The notes under the pieces: generated by a model
What the model was told of the DNA's origin: nothing
Databases searched by the model: none
Seen by the model: the letters and a program-made list of their open reading frames with translations, nothing else
DNA from: Thermodesulfobacteriota bacterium
Lineage (GTDB): Bacteria > Desulfobacterota > Desulfarculia > JACQYL01
Assembly (NCBI GenBank): GCA_963675595.2
Contig: CAXXLZ010000002.1
Location: 1,280,001 to 1,344,000, forward strand
Length of the DNA: 64,000 nucleotides
Direction: 5' to 3'
Program-made: the position numbers and the translations under genes
Shown: in pieces, positions 49,623 to 59,920 of the stretch
How positions within the stretch are numbered: position 1 is the stretch's first letter
Layout: every line of letters starts with the position of its first letter

Positions 49623-50860
49623 TGGAAAGCCTTCTCGAAAGCTATGCCCGAGTCGTCGGGGGAACGGTTATCGACCACTTGTACCAGCTCGCCGAGTCCC
49701 TCGAAGGGAAAAAGGTCGTACACATCAATTCCACGAAAGAAGGAGGCGGAGTAGCCGAGATTCTCCACAGGCTCGTCCCTTTGAAATCCGAACTGGGTCT
49801 GGATGTATCGTGGGAAGTGATTACCGGAGACAGCGACTTCTACAGGTGCACCAAGGGCATGCACAACGCCCTGCAGGGCAATCGAATCGACATACCGAAG
49901 ACCCTGCTTCGGCACTATGAAGACGTGAACGCGGAAAACGCCCAACGCCTGAAGGACGTACTCGAGAACGCGGATTTCGTGTTCATCCACGATCCCCAGC
50001 CGGCTCCCCTGTTACGGATGTGCCCCAACCGTAAGGGGAAATGGATTTGGAGATGCCACATCGACGTAAGTCGTCCCTACCGGCCCATCTGGAAGTACGT
50101 TCGGGAACATGTCGAGGACTATCACGCCAGCGTCTGGTCTCTCTCGGAGTTCGCTCAATCTCTGCCCCATCCCCTCTATCTCATCGCTCCGAGCATCGAT
50201 CCGTTGAGCGAAAAGAACGTGGAACTGGACCCGAAAGAGCTGAATGAGGCCTACGAACGATGGAATCTGGATCAGGATCGCCCCATCATTACGCAGGTTT
50301 CCAGGTTCGACCGTTTCAAGGACCCTGTGGGGGTGATTCATGCCTACCGTTTGGTGAAGGACTTCACTCCGATCCAACTGGTTTTAGCCGGCGGAGGCGC
50401 CTCGGATGACCCCGAGGGACAGGAAGTGTTGGAGGAGGTTCGGGCGGCGGCCGGCGACGACCCGGACATCCATATCCTGGTGCTCCCTCCCGATGCTCAC
50501 CGCGACATCAATGCGTTACAGCGCGTATCGGACATCGTGTTGCAGAAGTCGCTCCGGGAAGGCTTCGGACTCACCGTCACCGAGGCCATGTGGAAGGGGA
50601 AACCCGTCATCGGAGGAGATACCGGGGGCATTCGCCTGCAGGTCATCAACCATCATACCGGGTTCCTGGTGAATACGCCGGAGGGCGCCGCGGTACGTAT
50701 CCGCTATCTCCTCAAGCATCAACAGGTGCTCATGGAAATAGGACGAAAAGCTCGGAAACTCGTACTGGAGAATTTCTTGCTGACGCGCCACTTGCGGGAA
50801 TATCTGACGCTCATGGTTTCAACCATGAACAACAGCCATGATCGAATCGAACTCGGGTAA
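49622..50860 (+). CDS. treT: TreT-like trehalose glycosyltransferring synthase (GT4)
   Basis: HINSTKEGGGVAEIL, IHDPQP, WRCHID, VSRFDRFKD, DDPEG, REGFGLTVTEAMWK. Confidence 0.8.
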   Translation: MESLLESYARVVGGTVIDHLYQLAESLEGKKVVHINSTKEGGGVAEILHRLVPLKSELGLDVSWEVITGDSDFYRCTKGMHNALQGNRIDIPKTLLRHYEDVNAENAQRLKDVLENADFVFIHDPQPAPLLRMCPNRKGKWIWRCHIDVSRPYRPIWKYVREHVEDYHASVWSLSEFAQSLPHPLYLIAPSIDPLSEKNVELDPKELNEAYERWNLDQDRPIITQVSRFDRFKDPVGVIHAYRLVKDFTPIQLVLAGGGASDDPEGQEVLEEVRAAAGDDPDIHILVLPPDAHRDINALQRVSDIVLQKSLREGFGLTVTEAMWKGKPVIGGDTGGIRLQVINHHTGFLVNTPEGAAVRIRYLLKHQQVLMEIGRKARKLVLENFLLTRHLREYLTLMVSTMNNSHDRIELG

Positions 50861-50940
50861 TCTTTCCGGCGGACGCCGTTTCGCCGGAGCCGCACGAAAC
50901 TCCGGCGGGAGCGATGTCGATAGAGGAAGGAGGTTGTTCT

Positions 50941-51600
50941 TTAGTCCCCGATCAGCCCCTTCTTGATGGCATATGCCGTCAATTCCGACGCACTGTGAAG
51001 GTCCAGCTTCCGCATGATGTTCGATCGGTGCGTTTCAACGGTCTTGACGCTGATGCAGAGGTAATCGGCGATTTCCTTGTTGATGTAGCTCTCGGCGATC
51101 AGTTTGAGCACTTGCCGCTCGCGGGCGGTGAGCGTATCCCACGCGGAAGACTCCTTGATGGACCCGGCGCCCTCCAGGTATCCCTCGATCACCCGATCAC
51201 TGATCATGGGACTGATGAATCGCTTTCCTTTGAACGCACTTTCCAACGCGAGCAACAACTCGTCTTTGGTCGCGTATTTCAGCACGTATCCATCCGCTCC
51301 AGCCCTGAACGCCTCCAGCACGTGCTCTTCGGTCTTGTGCACGGTCAGCACGAGAATCTTCACACCGGGATTCTGAGATTTGATTTCCCGAATGGCCTCC
51401 AGACCGTTCATCCTGGGCATGGATAGGTCCATGAGCACAAGATCGGGTTGAAGTTCGTTAACCGCTCGTATCGCCTCGAGACCGTCGGAGGCTTCCCCCA
51501 CGACCTCGTAGTCGGATACCGTTGTGATCAGCATTCGCAGCCCCGCCCGGATGATCGTATGGTCTTCCGTGATCAGAATGCGCTTCTTGTTTTCCTGCAT
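50941..51600 (-). CDS. NarL/FixJ-family DNA-binding response regulator
   Basis: EDHTIIRAG, LMDLSMP; LTARERQVL...ISVKTVETHR. Confidence 0.95.
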   Translation of the reverse strand: MQENKKRILITEDHTIIRAGLRMLITTVSDYEVVGEASDGLEAIRAVNELQPDLVLMDLSMPRMNGLEAIREIKSQNPGVKILVLTVHKTEEHVLEAFRAGADGYVLKYATKDELLLALESAFKGKRFISPMISDRVIEGYLEGAGSIKESSAWDTLTARERQVLKLIAESYINKEIADYLCISVKTVETHRSNIMRKLDLHSASELTAYAIKKGLIGD

Positions 51601-52111
51601 ACCGACCCTCCTCGGCCTTCCTCATCCCAAAGAGCCCGCATCAACGAATACTTAGCGAACTCGACCGCCGAACGGACAATTTTCTCCGGCGTCTGAGCGA
51701 GGCCTCCCCTTTGACCGGTCCGTGCGGTCGCCAAACAAAAAAAAATGGACGAAATGGGAAATTGAGCAATTATTCACGTAACACGCCCCCCCTCACCTGT
51801 CAAGCAACCCGAAACCGCCGATTAGAGTTGCTTCGAGCCGACCACGAAGGTCTTCGTCCCTATTCGCGACATACGCTCCACACCACCCGAACGAACCCCA
51901 CACACAATCGGCGGTTGGCCCCAATACACGTTTTTTACCGCCGTCTTCTCTTTCATTTTGACGATTCCTCATTTCTCGTCTAATTAGCACAGTGCGGAGT
52001 AAACTCGCCCCTTCGGAAGGGATTGCCTCGACGGCATGCTCGGATTCAGGTTGCATTGGAACTCGGAATCCGGCCGTCGTTCGGCATCCGTAATCTTCAC
52101 AAGGAATCCCC

Positions 52112-53221
52112 GTGAAAAAGAGAGTTCAACGTTCCTTAGTCCTCATCATGGGAGCTTTCCTCCTGGTTTCGACGGTATTTTACCTTCAAAACCGATTTTC
52201 CGCTCCCCAATTGCCCGTCGGCCTGATTCAAGCCGCTGGGCGCATCGAAGGAGATCGCGTCACCGTAGCCGCCAAATTCGCGGGGCGAATTGAACGCTTG
52301 TCGGCGTTCGAGGGTGACGAGGTGAAGAAAGACCAAGTCTTGGCGGAGATGGACGATTCCCAGGTTCAAGCCCGGTTGGCCCAGGCGGAGAAAGCGCTCG
52401 CTGCCTTGGAGGAAACCCGGAAGGCGGCCCAAACTCGGCTGGAGCTCCTCCGCAAAGAGGTCCCCCTTGCCGAGGAGCAGGCCCAGGCTGCGTTGAATCG
52501 GGCGGAAGCCGCCTTCAGGGAAGCGTCGGCCAGAGAGGAGCAGGCCCGGAGGGATGTACAAAGGTACCGCCAACTTTTTCAAAGAAACGTAGTCCCCAAA
52601 CAAGCCTTCGAGCAGGTGCAGCTGAGCTGGACCGTCGCGCGGTCTTCGGTGGATACCGCCGCCGCCGCACGAGAAGAGGCGGAGAAGCAACTGACGCTGG
52701 CCCGATTGGGCCCGGAACGAATCCAGGCCCAAGAAGATGAGCTCGCTTCCCTCGACGCCAAGATTCAACAAGCCGGAGCCGCCGTGGACGAGGCTTCGAG
52801 CGTGTCGGAAGACATGACGATTCTTGCTCCGTCCGACGGCACCATCATTACCCGAATGGCGGATGCGGGAGAAGTGCTCACCGCCGGGGGTCCTCTCTTC
52901 GAACTCGTCGACCTGGACCGACTTTACCTCAAAGTCTACGTACCGGAGATCCAAATCGGCAAGATTCGTTTGGGGCTTAAAGCGCGAGTCTTCACCGACG
53001 CTTTTCCCGACAGACATTTCGAGGCCGTGGTGCGAACCATTTCATCTCGAGCCGAATTCACGCCGAAAGAGGCGCAAACCAAAGACGAAAGAACCAAGCT
53101 CGTCTATTGGGTCAAGCTCTATCTGGATGAAAACCCGGATCATCTCCTCACTCCGGGCCTCCCCGCCGACGCGGTGATTCGATGGAAGGAAGAAGTTCCG
53201 TGGAGCAACCCGGTTTGGTGA
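52112..53221 (+). CDS. HlyD-family membrane fusion protein (YbhG-like)
   Basis: N-terminal TM; GRIEG, EGDEV, APSDGTI, AEFTPK. Confidence 0.92.
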   Translation: MKKRVQRSLVLIMGAFLLVSTVFYLQNRFSAPQLPVGLIQAAGRIEGDRVTVAAKFAGRIERLSAFEGDEVKKDQVLAEMDDSQVQARLAQAEKALAALEETRKAAQTRLELLRKEVPLAEEQAQAALNRAEAAFREASAREEQARRDVQRYRQLFQRNVVPKQAFEQVQLSWTVARSSVDTAAAAREEAEKQLTLARLGPERIQAQEDELASLDAKIQQAGAAVDEASSVSEDMTILAPSDGTIITRMADAGEVLTAGGPLFELVDLDRLYLKVYVPEIQIGKIRLGLKARVFTDAFPDRHFEAVVRTISSRAEFTPKEAQTKDERTKLVYWVKLYLDENPDHLLTPGLPADAVIRWKEEVPWSNPVW

Positions 53222-55179
53222 ATGACCGGGACCCGAGCATCCTGGTCCATGTATCGGGGTTCACCAAGTCCTACGGAGATTCCCGAGCCTGCAGCGACGT
53301 GTCCCTGCGGGTTCGGAAGGGGGAAATCTTCGGGCTCATCGGACCGGACGGATCCGGGAAGAGCACTCTCCTCAATGCGATCTCCGGCATACTGGCCTAC
53401 GATACGGGTGTCGTCGAAGTATTCAACACACCCATGGATTCCGAAAAAAACGCCCAATTCGTCAAACATCGTTTAGGCTACATGCCTCAAGGCTTGGGGC
53501 AAAATCTCTATTCCGACCTTTCCGTGGACGAAAACATCGAATTCTTCGCCGGCCTCAACCGCCTGACGCCGGAACAACTTCGGGATCGACGCGAAGAACT
53601 TCTCAAGCTCACCCGCCTCATTCGTTTTCGCCGCCGTCCCATGAAGCGGCTCTCCGGAGGAATGAAGCAGAAACTCGGTTTGATCTGCACTCTGATGCAT
53701 CAACCGGAACTGCTTCTCCTGGACGAGCCCACCACGGGAGTGGACCCCGTGTCACGTAGAGATTTCTGGTCCATCCTCGCCCGGCTGCTCCGGGTCGGAG
53801 GCGCCACGGCCATTGTGTCCACCGCCTACCTCGATGAAGCCTCCCGCTTCAACCGCCTCGCCCTGCTGTTCCAAGGACGCATCATCGCGCACGGCGCCCC
53901 GGAAACCATTCGACAATCCATTCCCGGCACTTTGGTCACCGTGGATACACGGTTGCAGCATCAAGCGTTCGGAAGGATCGCGAGCCGCTTTCCCCTGACC
54001 GAGGCCCGAGGCCCCCGGATTCGGGCTTTCGTTAAGAACACCGGAGAACGTGAAGCGTTGGACGAGGTCCGCTCCCTCGTGGAATCCCTGCCCGTGGACG
54101 AAATCCGGGCGGACCAACCCGAGCTTGAAGACGTGTTCATCGCACTCCTCCAGGAAAAGGAATTGGTTTCCCCGTCCGCACCGGCGCCGCAGACTTCGCG
54201 GAAACACGAATCCGACCACACCGTCGAGGGTACGGCCATCGAGGCGGAAGGGCTCATCAAGGACTTCGGCGACTTTCGAGCCGTCAACGACGTGGGCTTC
54301 CGAATATCCCGGGGGGAAATCTTCGGGCTGCTGGGCGCCAACGGTGCGGGCAAGACCACGCTGATCAAAATGCTCGTGGGTATTCTACCGCCTTCTCGAG
54401 GTTCGGTACGTCTCGGCGGAAAGGACCTGGGCGCACAAGGCCGCGATGCAAGGCTCAAGATCGGTTATATGTCTCAGATATTCTCCCTCTACGGCGACCT
54501 CAGCGTTGTTGAAAACATCCGTCTCTACGCGGGAGTTTACGGTCTCTCAAAATCCGATACGAAAGAGCGGCTTCAGTGGGTGCTGGAAATGGCGGACCTC
54601 GAAAGTCACCGGGACCGCCTGACGGAGTATCTGCCTGTGGGGCTGCGTCAACGTCTGGCCCTTGGCTGCGCTTTGGTGCACGGTCCTGAAGTTCTGTTTC
54701 TGGACGAACCCACGTCCGGAGTGGACCCTCTGGGAAGACGCCGTTTCTGGGAACTGCTTTTCAGGCTGTCTCGGGAAGAAAAGGTCTCCGTGCTCATTAC
54801 CACGCATTACATGAGCGAAGCCGAGTATTGCGATCATTTGGTGTTGATGTACGAAGGCGGTGTAGCGGCCGATTCCACGCCGTCGGAAATGAAGAAACGA
54901 TTGGAGAAAGAGGCCGGAAGCCTGATCGAGATCACGGCTTCGCCCCCTTTGGATGCATTGGAGGTGCTCGAGAAAGCCGGTTTCAGAGGAGCGGCCCTGC
55001 ATGGAGAACGGATCCATGTGCTCGCACACGATCCGAAAGCGGCCGAGGAACGGATCCGCCGATCCCTCCGAAACGCCGACTTTGCCGTAACCGACGTGAA
55101 ACCATGTCCGGTTTCCATGGAAGACGTATTCGTTTACCGCGTTTCCGCCATGGAAAAACGAGAGGAGACCAACCTCTGA
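53218..55179 (+). CDS. Dual-domain ABC ATP-binding protein (YbhF-like)
   Basis: GPDGSGKS, LSGGMKQ, LLDEPT; second NBD GANGAGKT/FLDEPT. Confidence 0.94.
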   Translation: MNDRDPSILVHVSGFTKSYGDSRACSDVSLRVRKGEIFGLIGPDGSGKSTLLNAISGILAYDTGVVEVFNTPMDSEKNAQFVKHRLGYMPQGLGQNLYSDLSVDENIEFFAGLNRLTPEQLRDRREELLKLTRLIRFRRRPMKRLSGGMKQKLGLICTLMHQPELLLLDEPTTGVDPVSRRDFWSILARLLRVGGATAIVSTAYLDEASRFNRLALLFQGRIIAHGAPETIRQSIPGTLVTVDTRLQHQAFGRIASRFPLTEARGPRIRAFVKNTGEREALDEVRSLVESLPVDEIRADQPELEDVFIALLQEKELVSPSAPAPQTSRKHESDHTVEGTAIEAEGLIKDFGDFRAVNDVGFRISRGEIFGLLGANGAGKTTLIKMLVGILPPSRGSVRLGGKDLGAQGRDARLKIGYMSQIFSLYGDLSVVENIRLYAGVYGLSKSDTKERLQWVLEMADLESHRDRLTEYLPVGLRQRLALGCALVHGPEVLFLDEPTSGVDPLGRRRFWELLFRLSREEKVSVLITTHYMSEAEYCDHLVLMYEGGVAADSTPSEMKKRLEKEAGSLIEITASPPLDALEVLEKAGFRGAALHGERIHVLAHDPKAAEERIRRSLRNADFAVTDVKPCPVSMEDVFVYRVSAMEKREETNL

Positions 55180-56333
55180 TGCGCCTCGACCGGATTCTCA
55201 CCATCCTCATCAAAGAACGACGCACCATTCTACGCGATCGGCTGTTCTTCCTGCTGGCGTTCCTCGTTCCGGCCATGCTCCTCCTGGCCTTTGGGTTCGG
55301 CCTCTCTCTGGACGTAAGCGAAGTCCCCCTGGTAATTTGCGATTATGACGCAAGCCCCATGAGCAGAGAATATTCCTATCGCTTCATCAGTTCTCCCTAT
55401 TTCGGGTTTCAGGGCTCTCTCAAGGATGAAAGAGAAATCCAACGACTGCTGTCGGACAATCGAATCCGGGCGGCCCTGATCATCCGTGACGGGTTTCAGG
55501 AACGCATTCTCGAAGGCCGATCCGAAGCGGTCCAGGTGCTCATCGACGGCACCTTCCCTTATCGCGCACAGACCGTGAAAGAATATGTAAACGGCATCAA
55601 TCACGACTATTCACTGGAAATTCTGGCCGGACACCTGTCGAGAACCAGAGGGATTCCACCCGAACGCGCCCTGGAAATCCTGAACCCAGTCACTCCCGAG
55701 ATACGTTACCTCTACAACCAGAGCCTCAACGACGACTGGTCCCTGCCGCCCAAATGGATCATGGTCATCATGATCATTTGCTCTCCGCTGCTTACGGCCC
55801 TCGGCGTAGTCCGGGAGAAAGAAAGCGGGGCCATCTACAATATCTACGCCTCCACCGTGACCCGGCTGGAATATCTCGTGGGCAAACTGCTTCCCTACCT
55901 GATCATCACCTTCATAAATTCCCTGATTCTCTGGTTCCTCACCCTAATCCTGTTCGGCGCCCCCTTCAAGGGAAGTCCCGTTCTTTTCATGGGGGTTTCC
56001 CTGATCTATGCGGCCTGCACCACGGGAATCGGGTTGATCGTTTCCATCCTGGTGAGAACCCAGGTGGCCGCGTCCCTGGTCACGTTCATCGTGACCGTGC
56101 TTCCCGCCATGCTCTACTCCGGCATCTTTATTCCCATTCATTCCCTGGGTCCGGGCGCCCGCTTTGTCGCAGCCGTACTCCCGGCCATGTATTATACGAA
56201 TGTCATTTCCGGCTGTTTTCTCAAGGGAGTCGGGTTGGAGGTTCTCTGGTGGGATGTCCTGGTGCTGGCCGCATACGCGGCCGGACTCCTCACCCTGGGG
56301 TACCTGATGTTCAGGAAAAGGCTGAGCCGATGA
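55179..56333 (+). CDS. ABC-2 permease (YbhS-like)
   Basis: Start at MRLDRIL overlapping the previous stop codon; VREKESG; multiple TMs. Confidence 0.92.
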   Translation: MRLDRILTILIKERRTILRDRLFFLLAFLVPAMLLLAFGFGLSLDVSEVPLVICDYDASPMSREYSYRFISSPYFGFQGSLKDEREIQRLLSDNRIRAALIIRDGFQERILEGRSEAVQVLIDGTFPYRAQTVKEYVNGINHDYSLEILAGHLSRTRGIPPERALEILNPVTPEIRYLYNQSLNDDWSLPPKWIMVIMIICSPLLTALGVVREKESGAIYNIYASTVTRLEYLVGKLLPYLIITFINSLILWFLTLILFGAPFKGSPVLFMGVSLIYAACTTGIGLIVSILVRTQVAASLVTFIVTVLPAMLYSGIFIPIHSLGPGARFVAAVLPAMYYTNVISGCFLKGVGLEVLWWDVLVLAAYAAGLLTLGYLMFRKRLSR

Positions 56334-57502
56334 AACGGGCTCCGAACACCGCGGCACCCGGTCCGGCGTTTACCTGGTGGCTCCGAATCCGGGTCATGAC
56401 CGTCAAAGAACTCCTGCAACTCTCGAGAGACGCGGTTCTCATCGTGTTCTTCATTTACGGTTTCACACTGGACGTCTATCTGGCCGGATCCGGCGTCAGC
56501 CTCGAGCTGACCAAAGCGGCCGTCACCGTTATGGATTTCGATCGTACGCCCGCATCGAGGGAACTCGCCTATCGCTTTCGTCCCCCCACCTTCGACGTCG
56601 ACTATTCGAGTACGCTCCAAACCGATGCAAACGACCTTCTGGACCGGGGAGAAGCCATGGTCGTCTTGGACATCCCTTCACGGTTCCAGGAGAAATTGAT
56701 CACCGGCGAGCACACTTCGGTGCAGATTCAAGTGGACGCAGTCAATTCGGCGCTGGGCCTGTCCGCGGCAAGTTACGGTTCCCACATCGTGAAGGAGTTC
56801 GGTTTGGAGCAGGGGCTCCGCCGCCTGGGGTTGTCTTCCTCCCCTGATGCCGTGCCCGGAGTGAAATCCGAATATCGAGTTTGGTTCAATCCCGACTATA
56901 ACAACGCCTGGTTCATGTCCATTGCGGAACTCCTCAACATTATCACCCTCCTTGCCATGCTGCTCCCCGCCATGGCCATGGTCAGGGAAAAGGAACGGGG
57001 CACCCTGGAGCAACTCCTTGTGTCACCCCTCAGCCCGTTTCAGATCATGTTCCCCAAAGTGCTGGCCATGGCTTTCGTCATCCTTCTGGGGACGGCCGTC
57101 AATCTTTTCTGTATTCTCGGCCCCGTGTTTCACGTGCCCATGAGAGGCAGTCTCACATTGTTTTTCCTGGTTACGGCCCTCTATGTGTTCGCCACCTCGG
57201 GACTCGGCCTGTTCATCTCCACTGTGTCCAAAAGCCTGGGGCAGGCCGGTCTTTTCACCATCGTCATCTACGGCCCCATGGTGTTTCTCTCCGGGGCCTG
57301 GACGCCTGCGGAAGCCATGCCTCCACTGATGCGCCCCATGATGTACGTCTCCCCCCTGGCGCATTACATCGACGTCAGCCTGGGCATATTGCTGAAAGGG
57401 GCCGGAATCGGTTTGCTGTGGGATTCCATATCGGCCATCGCGGTGATCGGCGGAATCTTGTTCGGTCTGGGGATGTGGCGTTTGCGGAGGCAGTTCCGAT
57501 GA
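56330..57502 (+). CDS. ABC-2 permease (YbhR-like)
   Basis: ATGA overlap; VREKERGTLEQLLVSP; FLSGAWTP. Confidence 0.92.
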   Translation: MKRAPNTAAPGPAFTWWLRIRVMTVKELLQLSRDAVLIVFFIYGFTLDVYLAGSGVSLELTKAAVTVMDFDRTPASRELAYRFRPPTFDVDYSSTLQTDANDLLDRGEAMVVLDIPSRFQEKLITGEHTSVQIQVDAVNSALGLSAASYGSHIVKEFGLEQGLRRLGLSSSPDAVPGVKSEYRVWFNPDYNNAWFMSIAELLNIITLLAMLLPAMAMVREKERGTLEQLLVSPLSPFQIMFPKVLAMAFVILLGTAVNLFCILGPVFHVPMRGSLTLFFLVTALYVFATSGLGLFISTVSKSLGQAGLFTIVIYGPMVFLSGAWTPAEAMPPLMRPMMYVSPLAHYIDVSLGILLKGAGIGLLWDSISAIAVIGGILFGLGMWRLRRQFR

Positions 57503-57608
57503 TGAAGCGGAAGGTTTCCCGTAATGAAGGAGGGTGAGTTTAAAACTTTCGGAAAGTCTTTTTAAAAGTCGGACTTAACGGTCCCTTGAAAAAGCCGGAT
57601 TATCGCAC

Positions 57609-57702
57609 GCCGCCGAAAAACGATGGGAAGCAAAGCGCACAAAGAAGCACGTCGAGTGGCGAAGGATGAAGTGCAACGCGGCGGATCGCGTTTTTCGGCG
57701 GC
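57609..57702 (-). repeat. REP/MITE-like palindromic element, family A copy 2 (internally shorter)
   Basis: Perfect 14-bp IR GCCGCCGAAAAACG / CGTTTTTCGGCGGC; core aligns to 8581-8686. Confidence 0.8.
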
Positions 57703-58044
57703 CTCATAATGAAGCAATCCCCCGGTTGGATCAACCAACCCGAGGGATCACCGCCTGAAACCAGGACCATTACCCAACCCTTCATGCCGTTAATTTCCCG
57801 GTCTGCCCTACGCTCTATTGCGAAAGGTTACCTACGGAAAGATGCACGTACATTTGAGTCGGAGACATGATCCGCAATCTTGATCGTTAATCTAACAAAC
57901 GTCGGACTAACCGGGAATCCGGTGAAACCTGTATTTTCGGCCAAGACTTCCTAGGGAATCTCAGTAACACTACCGGATATCCCTACGGCGATAATGGCAT
58001 CAGGCGAGGGGCGGTTTGATTGCGGCTCGCCGTCACTACGTCGC

Positions 58045-59556
58045 TCAATTGGCGGACGAGAATCCATGGCAGCGAGAACAGTCGAATCTTCTGGTATGAA
58101 TACGATGCACGTCCGTGAAGACTCCGTGTTCCAAATCATCTGATTCGTCCTCATGGCAGGCGACACAGAGAGGCTTGCCGTTGTACTCCGTTTTGGGAGT
58201 GTAACCCAACGAGTCGAAGTCCAGCCGGGTTCCTCCGTAATGGCAGTTGGAGCATGTCAGCGCTCGTTCCTTGGGCGCCACCTCGTGAAACAACCCCATG
58301 TACCGCTCCGTTTCAACGTACTCATGACCGTTGTATTGCCATCCCACGGCGCCTACGCCTTCCTCCACGGCGCGATCAACGTCTCCCGTCTGAAAGAAGA
58401 TGCCGATCTTGAGAGGCAGCAGCCTGCGGGAAACGGGATCCATGGGCTGCGTCGCTTGATGACGCTTGAACGCATGAATTTTGGCTCCGACATCCTGTAT
58501 GGACCCTTCCGGGACGGCCATCTCCACACGCCCTCCAGGGCCCGCCTCCGCAGGTTCCCCGAAGATGTAGAATCGAGACAACCCATTGGAGAATCGGTAA
58601 ACCGGAGTGACCCCTTTCATCATTTCCATGTGAGGCTCATAAAGGCCGGTCGACGGATGCAACACTCCGGGCAAATCCCACCTGCGGTCCATATCGGTGG
58701 CGGTTTCCCGGGCGAACTCGGGTATGTGACACACGGTACAGTCGACTCGCGCGGTGTGCTTGTCGATATCCCACCGTTGGTGAGGTGCGTCCGAATGACA
58801 TTCCGTGCACCCGACCTGCCGGTCCGAATCCCGAGGCCGCAGGTCGGTACCTCGGCCGGCGATGCGATGATCCCGGGTCACATGGCAATCCGTGCACGAA
58901 AGCCCCGCGCCCCCCGCTGCGGTGGACGCCAGATGCACGTCCAAGTCCCTGGATGCGGTGCGGGACCCCTCCGACAAGTCGCCTCGTTTGAAGTTGTCTC
59001 CCCCTCCCGCCTTGGTGTGGCAATTCAAACAGGAATCATTGGTGGGCCGAGTAATGTGCCGAGCCGCTTCCAGCAGAGAGACGCTCATCCGTTCGGTATC
59101 CGGCACGAATCGCAAGGATCCGTCCACCCAGCCGGTCTTTCTCTTGTAGGAGTCGGAGTGACAAATGAGACAATCAATGTTTTCCAGTTGCGCCTGAGTG
59201 GGTGAGGCATCGGGTTTTTCGCCGAGACCGGGGTGGCATTTGGCGCAGCCGCCGTCCACGGTTTGGCCGGACACGTTGGTAAGCCGGCCGATCCAATTGA
59301 TATCCGGATAGATGCAGAAGTCGTTGATCCCTCCGAGCTTTCCCGCCGGGCCTTGAGGTAGGTTCACCGCCTCGGACGCGTCCCCTTTCCATTGATAATG
59401 CACCGAGGCATGGACGTCCGCGGCCTCGGCCGCATGACAGGCGAGACAGGTCTTGGTGCCTTCGAAATTCTCCACAAGAGACACGTGATCGGTATGGGTC
59501 GCCGTATCGGTGAACAAAAGGAAATACAGCGCCGCCAACAGGGCTGGTTTGGTCAT
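58045..59556 (-). CDS. Multiheme cytochrome c, octaheme tetrathionate reductase (OTR)-like, 10 CxxCH
   Basis: Signal-like N-terminus MTKPALL; CLACH, CAKCH, CLICH, CLNCH, CTDCH, CTECH, CTVCH, CSNCH, CVACH, CSRCH; GK...INDFC; GGGDNFKRGD. Confidence 0.85.
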   Translation of the reverse strand: MTKPALLAALYFLLFTDTATHTDHVSLVENFEGTKTCLACHAAEAADVHASVHYQWKGDASEAVNLPQGPAGKLGGINDFCIYPDINWIGRLTNVSGQTVDGGCAKCHPGLGEKPDASPTQAQLENIDCLICHSDSYKRKTGWVDGSLRFVPDTERMSVSLLEAARHITRPTNDSCLNCHTKAGGGDNFKRGDLSEGSRTASRDLDVHLASTAAGGAGLSCTDCHVTRDHRIAGRGTDLRPRDSDRQVGCTECHSDAPHQRWDIDKHTARVDCTVCHIPEFARETATDMDRRWDLPGVLHPSTGLYEPHMEMMKGVTPVYRFSNGLSRFYIFGEPAEAGPGGRVEMAVPEGSIQDVGAKIHAFKRHQATQPMDPVSRRLLPLKIGIFFQTGDVDRAVEEGVGAVGWQYNGHEYVETERYMGLFHEVAPKERALTCSNCHYGGTRLDFDSLGYTPKTEYNGKPLCVACHEDESDDLEHGVFTDVHRIHTRRFDCSRCHGFSSAN

Positions 59557-59920
59557 GAGGGGTTCCTCTGGAGAAGGAGTACCTGGCCGGGTATTGTCCG
59601 AATCTCCTTGCTCCGACTGAGGAGGGAATCTTCCGAACGGAAGATTCCCGGGCGATTCGGACACATACTCGATTCCGCGTCTTGGCGTAATTTTTTCTAA
59701 ATTTAATTTTGTCTATCCGCAATGTCAAGCGGTCACCCTCCCATCATGCGCTCCTACGCGAAACCCGGCGCAAGAATGGGGCATTCAACCGATTCCCCGC
59801 CATCCCTTCCTACGGTAGGATTCCCGCTGTTCCTCTTCATGAGTTCTCTGATACACTGGACGGAAATCGTCCGGACAGACCGGCCCGAAGCCATCACTTC
59901 CCTTGATAACGGAGGCCCCC

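Noticed and set aside
57568-57914. Short direct repeat GTCGGACT(T)AAC(C)GG at 57568 and 57901
   Set aside because: Only two imperfect 14-mers, with no ORF or regular spacing; not a CRISPR array or a supportable att pair
57905-57935. TAACCGGGAATCCGGTGAAA resembles the start of a cobalamin riboswitch core
   Set aside because: The complementary TCCGG arm and the CCCGCnACTGT segment are missing, and there is no downstream plus-strand gene
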